Shown piece by piece: positions 10,534-20,900 of a stretch of 64,000 nt of DNA. The position numbers and the translations under genes were made by a program. The stretch's first letter is position 1. Every line of letters begins with the position of its first letter. Source of the stretch: a virus; the IMG/VR virus record IMGVR_UViG_3300009790_000004, positions 1 through 64,000 of that record; one strand, written 5' to 3'. The notes beneath the pieces were generated by a model. It was not told the DNA's origin. It saw nothing but the letters and a program-made list of their open reading frames with translations, and did no database searches.

Positions 10534-11304
10534 ATGGCAAACATTACTAAGACAGTATTATTTCCTGTTCCTACGGTATGGATGGGACAGGCACAAGACA
10601 CAACAAGGACAGGAATCTGTACTTATGTTGGACCCCAGAACATAACTATCTGGTACGAAAATAAAGGAACTGATGCTAATCCTGATTGGCATCAAGAGCA
10701 TTCCTTTGAAACTGGAACATGCGATAGAGAGGCTCCTCCTGGAAGTAAGATAGTTACTTTGGATGCAGATAAGTATCCAATGAATGCTATTGCTGTCTTC
10801 GGTGGTGTAGAAGGTCCATATCAAATAGAAACTCCTGCAGGTCCAGACTCAGAACCTAATCCTATTCTTAATGACTATCTTCACTTCCAAGAAGTGTTTG
10901 ATATGCTTTCATTAGATTATGATCATGTTAATAATAAGTGGCCAAGAGATCCTGTCTTCTCTAGTGATGGTACAGAGTGGAATAATTCTCATAGTCAAGG
11001 AAATGGTCCTGCTGATTCTACAACATTTGGTTGGGATTGGGTGAGAGAAACTAGAAATAATCTTTTAACTCAGTCTGATGATAAGATTCCTACTGATGCT
11101 CCTTCTAATTTCCAGTCTCCTTGGAAAGATTATCGTCAGAAGTTGAGAGATCTTCCTAACACTTGGGTAGGTGTAGGTACAGAAACATATAAAATTGTAT
11201 GGCCACACGAACCATCTGATACTCCTAACAGTGGAGATGCTGCTGACACTAGTGATTTCTGGAGTGGTGGTACATCTAAAGCACCAGAGGATATAGATCC
11301 TTAA
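10534..11304 (+). CDS. Tail fibre assembly chaperone-domain protein
   Basis: WVRETRNNLLTQSD...WKDYRQKLRDLP...WP motif; late promoter ATAAATA at 10496-10502. Confidence 0.85.
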   Translation: MANITKTVLFPVPTVWMGQAQDTTRTGICTYVGPQNITIWYENKGTDANPDWHQEHSFETGTCDREAPPGSKIVTLDADKYPMNAIAVFGGVEGPYQIETPAGPDSEPNPILNDYLHFQEVFDMLSLDYDHVNNKWPRDPVFSSDGTEWNNSHSQGNGPADSTTFGWDWVRETRNNLLTQSDDKIPTDAPSNFQSPWKDYRQKLRDLPNTWVGVGTETYKIVWPHEPSDTPNSGDAADTSDFWSGGTSKAPEDIDP

Positions 11305-11341
11305 GGATGCAAAACGAAATTCAACTTTTTGTTCCAAAATT

Positions 11342-11389
11342 TCGGGAATTTTTTTCTCGGAATTTTTTTGTCTGTGAGGATTTGTTATG
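11342..11389 (+). repeat. Dispersed A/T-tract leader motif, copy 1
   Basis: TCGGGAA-T7-CTCGG-AATTTTTTTG-N6-AGGATTT-GT-TATG; matches the copy at 25320. Confidence 0.7.
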
Positions 11390-12208
11390 TTTGAACCGAG
11401 TACTAATCGTAATGAACAAGTAATCAGGAATGTTGGACCTGATTGTAGGACAGTAGTGGTTATTGATAACTTCTATGAAAATCCTAGTGAAGTAAAAGAA
11501 CTAGCAGTACAAGCAGAAAAGTGGAGAAGAGATGAATTAATCAAGGGTCTTGCTGGAGAGAGATGTTATATAGAGACTAAAGAATTTAAGGAGAAGACTA
11601 AATCAGTATTCGATAAGTACTGTAAAGATAGTACTCTTTGGAAGCATTCTTTCTCTGATAGAATGTATGAATGTCATTGGGATAACGCAGGATTCTTATG
11701 TAATATAATGAATTCTAATAGTATTGGTGCTGATCCTTGGTTGTCCATACCACATCAAGATTCTTATTCAACTTCGTATATTGATAGTAGTGGTGGGTAT
11801 GTTGATGAACATGGTGTTACTCGTGGTATAGTTGGACAATGCACTCAATCTACTTTTGATTATAATCAATTTGGTGTTGTTATCTTTCTAAATTATCCTG
11901 ATGAATGTCAAGGTGGTACTAATTTATATTCTTATAAAGGAAATATGACTCTTCCTTATAATGTGATGGATTATATTGATAAACCAGAGATGTTTGATGA
12001 TATTGTAAAAACTCCTGATGATGTATGGAATTTTTTACGAGAATGGATGCGTGGAGGATACGATGGAGTATGGAAGGTTGAACATGAGTTTAAGATGGTG
12101 TATAATAGACTGATAATGTATGAATCTGATGTCTTACACTCCCCAAACGCTGACCCCACTATGTTTACTGATGGGTATGACCGTATAAATCAGGTTGTTT
12201 TTCTATGA
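11387..12208 (+). CDS. DUF6445-like / 2OG-Fe(II)-oxygenase-fold protein
   Basis: VVVIDNFYENP, PHQD, GGTNLY, YNRLIMY...LHS and RINQVVF. Confidence 0.7.
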   Translation: MFEPSTNRNEQVIRNVGPDCRTVVVIDNFYENPSEVKELAVQAEKWRRDELIKGLAGERCYIETKEFKEKTKSVFDKYCKDSTLWKHSFSDRMYECHWDNAGFLCNIMNSNSIGADPWLSIPHQDSYSTSYIDSSGGYVDEHGVTRGIVGQCTQSTFDYNQFGVVIFLNYPDECQGGTNLYSYKGNMTLPYNVMDYIDKPEMFDDIVKTPDDVWNFLREWMRGGYDGVWKVEHEFKMVYNRLIMYESDVLHSPNADPTMFTDGYDRINQVVFL

Positions 12209-12234
12209 CTATATAATTTGTTGAGAATCATAGT

Positions 12235-13212
12235 ATGAGATCTAAAGTATTCTTTATTAATGGTGGAGCTGGCAGAGTAGTTGCATCCATCCCTGCATTA
12301 GAAAAATATGCTGAAACTCATGACGATTTTATAATTGTCTGTGAGGGTGGTATGAATTTCTACAGAGGACATCCTGTATTACATAAGTATGCCTATGATA
12401 ATTGGCATAAAGGATTGTTTGAAGATAAGATTAAAGACAGGGATTGTATGACCCCTGAACCATATAGAATATGGCACTATTATAATCAGAAGTGTAGTCT
12501 TGCTCAAGCATTTGATATAGAAATCAATGGGTTAGATGAACCAAGAGAATTACCAGCACCTAATGTTACATTAGCGAAAGGAGAGGGTATTCAAGGACTT
12601 CAGTTAGTAGATGAAGCAATAAAAACTACAGGAAAAGAAAAGGTTATAGTTATTCAACCATTTGGTAGAGGTATCATGGATACTGGTGGGTATATGTTTG
12701 ATCCCACCTCTCGTAGTTTCAATTTACAAGACATCAGTACAATCATTAATGATTTAAAGAAAGATTATTGTGTAATTGTGATGTCAGAGTTTCCTTTTAC
12801 TACAGAAGAGAAAGAATCAAAAGATGCATATATTCTCCCTAATATAGAAGACATTCGTATCTGGGCAGGGATTATAGACAGAGCAGATCATTTCTTAGGA
12901 TGTGATTCTGTTGGTCAACATATTGCTAAAGCAGTTGATAGTACTGTCACTGCTGTGATTGGATCAACATATCCTATTAATATATCCTATCCAGATGATC
13001 CAAAATTTGATATAATAGATCTCGGTGAAGATAAAAGAACTTTCTCTCCTATTAGGTTGACTATGGAGGACTATCAGGACATGCAGAATGATGAATGTAT
13101 GTCTATGACTGAAGAAGATATCGCTGCAGTGATTAAATCATGTAGAGATAGACTTGGCAAACCTGTCAAGAAAAAAATTGTACAAGCAGAAACTAAGGGG
13201 TTTGGAAAATGA
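12235..13212 (+). CDS. GT9-like (heptosyltransferase-fold) glycosyltransferase
   Basis: GGAGRVVASIPAL resembles the GT9 N-terminal motif; ADHFLGCDSVGQHIAKAV resembles the GT9 DSG..H.A motif; adjacent to ADP-heptose genes. Confidence 0.65.
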   Translation: MRSKVFFINGGAGRVVASIPALEKYAETHDDFIIVCEGGMNFYRGHPVLHKYAYDNWHKGLFEDKIKDRDCMTPEPYRIWHYYNQKCSLAQAFDIEINGLDEPRELPAPNVTLAKGEGIQGLQLVDEAIKTTGKEKVIVIQPFGRGIMDTGGYMFDPTSRSFNLQDISTIINDLKKDYCVIVMSEFPFTTEEKESKDAYILPNIEDIRIWAGIIDRADHFLGCDSVGQHIAKAVDSTVTAVIGSTYPINISYPDDPKFDIIDLGEDKRTFSPIRLTMEDYQDMQNDECMSMTEEDIAAVIKSCRDRLGKPVKKKIVQAETKGFGK

Positions 13213-15023
13213 CACAGTGGATTGCTGGTATAGCAAGAGGACATAACGGTGGGGTATGTCTCCTTAAAGATGGTGAGATTGTATTTGCTGTAGAAGAGGA
13301 AAGAATTTCTCGTCGCAAGTATGATGGTGCTCCTCTTGCATCAATGATGTTGATCAAAGAGTATACTGATAGACTTGATTATCTTGTCATTGGTCATACT
13401 CAGATGGCAGCAAAAGATTGTCCTACATTAGAATATTCTTTTGAACCTGCTTATGTAGGACTTGCAAGAAAGTTAGGACTGATTGAAGATCGTAGTAATG
13501 ATGATCCAGCGAAGGGGCATTCCCAAGTTATTGATCTAGGAAATATACATCATAAGTTACATGCTGCGTGTGCATTTTACCGTTCTGGATTTGCGGATGC
13601 AACAGCTTTAGTAGTTGATGGTGCAGGTACATTCATTGACTTCACTATCATGGATAGACAGGATACAGTATGGGAAATTGAAACTATATTTGATTGCACT
13701 TATCCTAAGGAAATTAATACTGTATGGAAGCATCTAGGTACTAGAGGGCCTGCTACTACAGCAACCATCCCTGAAATGGAAGCAAAGGAAATATATCCTA
13801 CTGAGAAAGGAACCTTTGAGTATCTACTTGATGAAACTTGTGGTATTGTTAAAGCATATGAGGCAGTTACACAGTATTGTGGGTGGCATGCTATTGAAGC
13901 AGGGAAAACTATGGGATTATTTCCATACGGTAAACCCAACCCAGAAGTACCTAAGATCTTTAAGGAGTTTGGTACGGTAGATAGGAATGTAATGATTCCT
14001 ACCTATCCAAATGCAGGACATGTTAATATACATGAGTATCCTTTCCTTGATGAGCATCCAGATCCTGATGAAAAGGATTCAGATCTAACTAAGTATGAGA
14101 ATAGAAGAGACTTAGCGTATGCAGTACAGGTAGAGACGCAAGAAGCAGTTTTAAAACTCATTCGTAAGGCAGTTGAGATGACTGGTAAGAAGAATGTAGT
14201 ATTGTCTGGTGGATATGGATTAAATTGTGTTGCAAACTACTGGTATCTTGAACAGTTAAAGGATGAAGGCATCAATCTATTTGTAGAACCAGTAAGTAAT
14301 GATGCTGGTACTGCTATTGGAGCAGCACTTTATGTTTATTATAAAGCACTTCAACCTCATGAATTTTTTGAACCTAAACCTCAGATAGACACATTATATC
14401 TTGGACCTGAATACAATTATTCTTCAGAAGATATTCAGAAGGTAGCTGATAAGTATGGTGGTGTAGTTCAAGGTGCTAATCATGAGGATATAATTAAGTT
14501 GATTACCTCTGAGAATATTGTAGCAATGTTCCAAGGTAAGTCTGAGTCTGGTCCTCGTGCTCTTGGTAATCGTTCTATCTTATATGATCCTCGTGATCCT
14601 GAGGGTAAGGACTTTGTTAATACTGTAAAGCATCGTGAATATTTCAGACCATTTGCAGGTACTATTCTTCAAGAACATGTACATGAGTGGTTTGATCTTC
14701 GTGGTATGGATGAGACTCCATTCATGATGTATGCTGTTAAGTGTCAAGAAGGAATAGAAGAGAAGATCCCTGCTATCATTCATGTGGATGGTACATGTAG
14801 GATTCAAACAGTAACAGAAGAACAAAACAAAAATTACTATGAGCTCATCCAAGAATTCTTTAAACAGACTGGTTGCCCTATCCTCTTTAATACTTCCTTT
14901 AATTTGGGTGGAGAACCTCTGGTTGAAACACTCGAAGATGCTGTCAAGACTATTGCTAATAGTGACATTGAGTATCTTTATTTACCTGAGTATGGCAAGA
15001 TGATTACAGTAAAGGATGACTAA
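13209..15023 (+). CDS. Carbamoyltransferase (NodU/CmcH family)
   Basis: EEERISRRKYD, HHKLHA, VVDGAG, GKTMGL, SGGYGLNC, ESGPRALGNRS, HREYFRPFA and NTSFNLGGEP motifs. Confidence 0.95.
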   Translation: MTQWIAGIARGHNGGVCLLKDGEIVFAVEEERISRRKYDGAPLASMMLIKEYTDRLDYLVIGHTQMAAKDCPTLEYSFEPAYVGLARKLGLIEDRSNDDPAKGHSQVIDLGNIHHKLHAACAFYRSGFADATALVVDGAGTFIDFTIMDRQDTVWEIETIFDCTYPKEINTVWKHLGTRGPATTATIPEMEAKEIYPTEKGTFEYLLDETCGIVKAYEAVTQYCGWHAIEAGKTMGLFPYGKPNPEVPKIFKEFGTVDRNVMIPTYPNAGHVNIHEYPFLDEHPDPDEKDSDLTKYENRRDLAYAVQVETQEAVLKLIRKAVEMTGKKNVVLSGGYGLNCVANYWYLEQLKDEGINLFVEPVSNDAGTAIGAALYVYYKALQPHEFFEPKPQIDTLYLGPEYNYSSEDIQKVADKYGGVVQGANHEDIIKLITSENIVAMFQGKSESGPRALGNRSILYDPRDPEGKDFVNTVKHREYFRPFAGTILQEHVHEWFDLRGMDETPFMMYAVKCQEGIEEKIPAIIHVDGTCRIQTVTEEQNKNYYELIQEFFKQTGCPILFNTSFNLGGEPLVETLEDAVKTIANSDIEYLYLPEYGKMITVKDD

Positions 15024-15447
15024 AAGATTTATTCATCCCTTTGCACCAGTAAGAGTCTTTGTTAATGGTACATTTGATCTCTTACATCCAGGTCACATAG
15101 CATTATTAAACTATGCTAGATCTCTTGGTAATTATGTTATAGTTGGTATTGATACTGATGATAGAGTACGGGAAAAGAAAGGACCAACCCGTCCGATATA
15201 TAATCAGGAAGATAGAGGACTCATGCTTGTTGCTCTATCATCAGTTGATGAGGTTAGGTACTTCGATAGCGATGAATCTCTTGAGGCATTGGTAAAATCA
15301 ATCAAACCTGATATAATGGTGGTTGGTTCTGATTGGAAAGACAAGTCGGTCATTGGATCGTATTGGTCTTCAGATTTAAAATTCTTTGATAGGATAGAAA
15401 AGTATGCAACTAGCAAGACAGTACAATGTATTATTGATCGGGGATAG
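15016..15447 (+). CDS. hldC: D-glycero-beta-D-manno-heptose-1-phosphate adenylyltransferase (HldE domain II / HldC-like)
   Basis: NGTFDLLHPGH HxGH motif, KGPTRPI and a terminal TS. Confidence 0.85.
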   Translation: MTKRFIHPFAPVRVFVNGTFDLLHPGHIALLNYARSLGNYVIVGIDTDDRVREKKGPTRPIYNQEDRGLMLVALSSVDEVRYFDSDESLEALVKSIKPDIMVVGSDWKDKSVIGSYWSSDLKFFDRIEKYATSKTVQCIIDRG

Positions 15448-16186
15448 CTGCACCGATGAGTGGGTGTACGGATCTTGTGATCGTTTAAGTCCTGAAGGAC
15501 CAATTCCTGTATTAAAATATGCAGAGAAGCAGACTGCTCCTGGTATGGCTGCTAATGTTAATGAGAATCTAAAGTCTCTTGGTATTAATGTTAATTTTAT
15601 AACAAACAAAGAAGAGATAAAGAAGACTAGGTATGTTGATCAGAGATCTAATCAACAGATCATGCGTCTTGATGTTGAACCAAAGGTAGAACCATTAAAA
15701 CAGCATCAAATTATTATGGCAGCAATGCATCAGCAGTATGATGCTATAGTTGTATCGGATTATAATAAAGGATTTGTTGATCTTGATTTGATTCAAGATC
15801 TTGCAAGAAAGAATCCAGAGATAAAAGTTTTTGTTGATACTAAGTCAACTACACCACCTAGTAGAGACAATATAATATACAAGATTAATCAGAAAGAGTT
15901 TGAAGCATTAAGAGAGGATCATATTCCTCGTTCTAGTAACTGTATAGTAACTATGGGTGCTAACGGTGCTCTATGGAATAAAGAACAGTTCCAAGTTCCT
16001 ATTGCCAGAACATTTGATGTGACTGGTGCTGGTGATACTTTCTTAGCAGCATTGGTATTTTACTACATACAAATTGATTCTATGGAAGAGTCAATTGCTT
16101 TTGCTAATAGAGCAGCAGCAAAGGCAGTAGAGAATCCTGGCACATATACATTAACAATGGAGGATGTAGATGAGATACTGCATTGA
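15404..16186 (+). CDS. hldA: PfkB-family heptose-7-phosphate kinase (HldE domain I / HldA-like)
   Basis: RLSPEGPIPV, GMAANV, SDYNKG and DVTGAGDTF motifs. Confidence 0.9.
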   Translation: MQLARQYNVLLIGDSCTDEWVYGSCDRLSPEGPIPVLKYAEKQTAPGMAANVNENLKSLGINVNFITNKEEIKKTRYVDQRSNQQIMRLDVEPKVEPLKQHQIIMAAMHQQYDAIVVSDYNKGFVDLDLIQDLARKNPEIKVFVDTKSTTPPSRDNIIYKINQKEFEALREDHIPRSSNCIVTMGANGALWNKEQFQVPIARTFDVTGAGDTFLAALVFYYIQIDSMEESIAFANRAAAKAVENPGTYTLTMEDVDEILH

Positions 16187-16520
16187 TATAGATGGTACTA
16201 TCTGTACTCCTGGTGAGGGGTGTGGCACATGTCAGTATGAAGGTGCTACTCCTAAGAAGGATAGGATAAAAGAGATCAATAAATTATATGATGAGGGACA
16301 CTACATTATATACTTTACTGCTCGTGCAATGGGTAGGAATAAAACTAAACCTCATGAGGAGGCAGCAAGGGTTGCAGAAGAGTTGCTGAGACCACTAACT
16401 AAATGTCAGCTAGATATATGGGGTTGTAAATATCATGAGTTACTTATGGGCAAACCACATGCAGACATCTTTATTGATGACAAGGCATGTCCTGATACTG
16501 TATTTTTTAATGAGGATTAA
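16170..16520 (+). CDS. HAD-superfamily phosphatase (candidate heptose bisphosphate phosphatase)
   Basis: DIDGT motif I, FTAR and GKP..DIFIDDK. Confidence 0.8.
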   Translation: MRYCIDIDGTICTPGEGCGTCQYEGATPKKDRIKEINKLYDEGHYIIYFTARAMGRNKTKPHEEAARVAEELLRPLTKCQLDIWGCKYHELLMGKPHADIFIDDKACPDTVFFNED

Positions 16521-16729
16521 TGGCACTATCTAAACAAACATTAGACTATTTACTTGAAGCGGAAGGTAGTATTAGATCAGCAGTTAAGTGTGCTGCTACT
16601 AATGAATCTCCTTTAGTTGTTTCTTCATTGTCAAAATTATTATATGATCTTGATCATATGAAAAGGTTTGAGGAACTGTCTGATATTATGGACCAGGCGA
16701 TAAGAGATAAGAAAGATGAAAGAGACTAA
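16520..16729 (+). CDS. Hypothetical protein
   Basis: 69-aa ORF coupled to both neighbours. Confidence 0.65.
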   Translation: MALSKQTLDYLLEAEGSIRSAVKCAATNESPLVVSSLSKLLYDLDHMKRFEELSDIMDQAIRDKKDERD

Positions 16730-17078
16730 ACCAAAATTTGTTCCTAAGGGATGGGGTTGGGAGAAGTGGATTGCTAACTCCTCTGAGTATTGTGGTAAGC
16801 TACTTTTTATTAAGAGAAATCACAGGTGTTCGTGGCACTATCATGTACTAAAGGATGAGACCTTCTATCTACATTCAGGGAAGATCCATTTATTCTACGG
16901 TAAGACTGATAAGTTAGAGGATGCAAAGTCAATGATCCTAGAACCTGGCGACACTTTCCATTGCTGTAGGAAGACTAGACATCAGATGATTGCAATAGAA
17001 GACGCAGAACTATTTGAGTTCTCTACTCAGCATTTTGATGAGGATTCTCACAGGGTTACCCCTGGAGATACTCTTTAA
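16716..17078 (+). CDS. Cupin-domain sugar isomerase-like protein
   Basis: KGWGWE, SWHYH..KDETF...G and RHQM...EFST cupin motifs. Confidence 0.8.
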   Translation: MKETKPKFVPKGWGWEKWIANSSEYCGKLLFIKRNHRCSWHYHVLKDETFYLHSGKIHLFYGKTDKLEDAKSMILEPGDTFHCCRKTRHQMIAIEDAELFEFSTQHFDEDSHRVTPGDTL

Positions 17079-17841
17079 CTGTTTTAAAATTGTAGCCTTC
17101 TAGCCAACTCATGTCTGCTATGGTATAATATTGGTACTTACCCTTAAGAGGAGGTGGAAATGGTATTGGAGACAATTTCGACCCAGTTTTTAATGAAACT
17201 AGTTGAGCTACAGTGTCAATTGTTATTGGCGATCCTGTGCCAAGATCGAATATGCCAGAACCCGCAGTGTTCGATAACACTACATTCACCAGATCCCCAA
17301 CCCACACATAGTCACGATATATCTCGTCGCTCCCGTCAAATGGATGTATCTGACCAGTGGCAGCCTGCCATTGAAACTGACTGACTAGTGATGCCATAGT
17401 TCCTTTATGATATTCGCCTGATCCATATACATTAAAGTATCTAAACCCCTGAACATGCCTAAAGCGTTCTATATTATCTAAGACCCAGTAATCTACTGTT
17501 GTTTTAGATAATGCATAGTAGTTCAGGGGATTCATAATGGCAGTTGAACTCTGACTCCCATATACAGATGCTGAACTGGCATACTTAACAGGGATACCAT
17601 ACTCTATTGCCTTCTCAAATAATTTAATACTGAAATCAATATTATATTTGTAGATCATTTGAAGATTCTTGTTGGTCGTAGAGGATAACGCACCTTGATG
17701 GATGATCATATCAACTTCATCCCATCTATTAAATTTTTCTATAAATTCCTCACAGTTATCCAGATCAATTTCAAGGACATTTTCTAGTGACCTTACAAAG
17801 TGTTTTCCTATAAAACCACCTGAACCAGTTACAATATTCAT
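17056..17841 (-). CDS. hldD: ADP-L-glycero-D-manno-heptose 6-epimerase
   Basis: Likely start MNIVTGSGGFIG; HQGALSSTT, YASSASVYG, PLNYYALSK, FRYFNVYG..EYHKG.MAS and KGKYQYYT.AD motifs. Confidence 0.92.
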   Translation of the reverse strand: MNIVTGSGGFIGKHFVRSLENVLEIDLDNCEEFIEKFNRWDEVDMIIHQGALSSTTNKNLQMIYKYNIDFSIKLFEKAIEYGIPVKYASSASVYGSQSSTAIMNPLNYYALSKTTVDYWVLDNIERFRHVQGFRYFNVYGSGEYHKGTMASLVSQFQWQAATGQIHPFDGSDEIYRDYVWVGDLVNVVLSNTAGSGIFDLGTGSPITIDTVAQLVSLKTGSKLSPIPFPPPLKGKYQYYTIADMSWLEGYNFKTVKEYLQG

Positions 17842-17911
17842 AACGAGAATCTTTTTATTATATATTCTAGCACACCTAAATACTAAAAAAGTGTATTCTG
17901 TTGCGTGAGAC

Positions 17912-20900
17912 ATGGCTTTAAAACGATATACTCTCAGCGTTAGTAGTCCTGAGTATTGGGATAAAATTCATGGTGCTCTCACCGTAGACTCTAATGAGGA
18001 TGGGATCCCTGATAGAAAGATTACTTGTACAGATAGTAAAAGTACTAGTGCTACTCGTGGAACCTATGAATTAGATGAGACTGAAGCTGCTGAGATTGCA
18101 AAGCACCCACATGTTAAGTGGATTGAACTATCTTTAAAAGATAACCCTGATTCATTTCCAAAACCAGAGCCTACTATGCCACAGAGGTGGGCAAGTGATG
18201 TTAAGGCATATCGTGATTTAAGTTCACCTAATGGTCCTCCTACTAGTAGTCCAACTAGTGCAGAATTAAACAGAACTAACTGGGCTATTCCTAGAGTAGG
18301 TGTTGCAACTGCTGGACAGGTATGGGGTACTGATGTAGGATCTCTTGCTTCTATTGGAATTAATACTGATTACACATATGATGGTAGAAATGTAGATATA
18401 GTTATTCATGACTCTGGTGTTCTAGCATCACACCCAGAATTTTTAGATGAGAATGGTGTAAGTAGAGTAAAAGATATAGTTCTTGATGCTCCTTATCTTA
18501 TTGACCCAGACTGGTTCAACACTTATGGATATGTTTATACCAAGGGAGACGGAAGTACAGGTATTAACACTACAAATGCGATATCATGGTGGGAAGATAA
18601 CAACGCAAGGTCTACTGCCAAAGCACTCTTACCTACAATTAACATTCCTGCTAACTACACTGCGGACAGAGCAGTAGGAGTAGGTACTACTGGTTCTAAC
18701 AATCTTGCTAGTGGTCATGGTACTGGATGTGCTGGTATGGCTGCTGGTAAGAACTTTGGACTAGCATTTAAGGCAACCATTTGGAACATGCCAGCCATCA
18801 GTGACAATGTTGGTATGGATATTGAGACTTCATATGATATTATGAAGTTCTTCCATCAATATAAACCAATTGATCCTATCCTTGGTATTAAGCGTCCAAC
18901 CGTAGTCAATGGATCATGGGGATACCAGGCTGCACTTCCTGCTTCTGGTTCAGCATCATGGCAGTTTAAAAATAATACAGGTACGATTGGTCTACCAATT
19001 AATAGTAGTTCTGATCCTGTTGATGTTAGTGACATGATCTATGGTTTCAACAACCAAGTGATTGGTGCATGGAGATCATGGACATCATCTGCAAGAAATA
19101 ATGCTGTTGATACTGCTGGTGCTGAATTGATTGCTGCAGGTGTTATCTATGTGTCTGCTGCAGGTAATAACAACCAAAGAATTGGTACTGGACTTACTGA
19201 TACTCATAGATTAGATAGTGTTTCAGATAATTATTTTAATTCACAAGATTCTCGTACTGAATTTGGTGGTGTAAGAACTCCATGTGGATCTAGAGACTGG
19301 ATGAACCCATCTGGTATTGGATTCAATGAAACCACTCAATATCATCCTGTTATTAATGTGGGTGCTCTTGATGATTTCATTGAGTCTAATGGTAAGGAAA
19401 GAAAGGCAACATATTCTAACAGTGGTCCTGGTATTGACATCTATGCTCCTGCAGATGAAACACTCTCTGCTGGTATGCATAATATCACTGCTTATAGAGA
19501 CTTCCCAAGGTATGATAACAGTGGGTTCTTTGACTGTGCATTTAGTGGAACCTCTGCTGCTGCACCTGTAGTTGCTGGTCTTATGGCTCTGTATGCACAG
19601 AGAAATCCAGGTACAGGTGTTACTGAAGCAAAGAATTGGGTAACAGGATTTACTACTGATGGTACTCCTCCTACTCTTCGAGGTCAATCTGGTAGTACGA
19701 TCACAGGAAATGATGTACTGTTTGACCAATACTCTGATATCGATGAAGCAAACTTCTGGACAGGACAATTTAACCAGAAGACTGCAGATGGTAATGGTAC
19801 TGTTCTTGTTAGTTTCATTGATGTAGGATCTGGTATCTCTACCGATCTTGCAGGTGTTAATGAACCTAGTCTTACTGCTCCTGCTAATAATGCAACTGGT
19901 GTTAGTACTGAAGGATTAGTTCTTGCTTCAAGTGCTTACACTGCTATTGGTGACACAACAGTATCAGGTACTCTAAAAGCAGTTGAGTTCCAACTGTCTA
20001 GAGATGTAAACTTTAGTACGATTGATTGGCAATCTACTCCTAACAATGTTGCTATCTCTCAGACAACAACAGGACAGTTACTTGGATTCACTACTTACTA
20101 TGGAAGAGTAAGGCATGTATCTAATGCTGATGGTCAAGCATTTACTGGATACTATTCTACTTACTCTGCTGGTATAGTATCGTTTGCTACCTTAGGTAAT
20201 GCACCAGGTGTTCAGACACCATATATTATTGCTCCTACTAATGCATCTACTGTAGGTCAGAGATTTGGTATTGTACTAACTTCTAGTACTTACATTGCTA
20301 TTGATGGTGAGGCAGTTTCTGGTACACTTAAGGCAGTTGAATTCGAGGTCAGCACTGATCAAACATTTGTTGATGCTGCTCAGGTTGTTTATACTACTGT
20401 TGGTGCTAATGGAACTCCAAATTTAACTCAGACTATTAATATTGGTTTAGCTGCTGCTACTACATTCTATGTAAGATTGAGGCATGTATCTAATGCTGAT
20501 GGTAGTGAAGGTCAATCATTTACTTCACCTTGGTCTGTTGTAACATCCTTTGAAACTCCTGATCCATTCCAAGCAAGAGTGGGTCGTCTTGCATCTGTTA
20601 AGACTACATTAACTCAGGGTGTTGTTGAACCAACATTACTATTTGAGAGTGAGGATCTTCTTGAGGTCAGCATCTCTGTTGCAAACCAGAACGACTTTGA
20701 ATCTACATTCTCTATTGGTATTTCTAGTACTCCTGGATTCAAACCTAGTGATTACATTGCGTATGGTATTAACTTGACTAGAGGTGGTACTAGATTGATT
20801 GAGAAGGTTGGTATCAAACCAGGCGACAAGATATTTGTATCATCATTCGATCCTAATATATCTTTCCTAACATTTGCTACTAAGATTTACGATAAGATTA

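Noticed and set aside
17842-17913. N-terminal extension of hldD in the ORF track
   Set aside because: The Rossmann motif starts right after ATG 17841; the extension spans the divergent promoter gap.
19241-19768. 175-aa antisense ORF inside the S8 gene
   Set aside because: No motifs; consistent with a codon-bias shadow of the sense gene.
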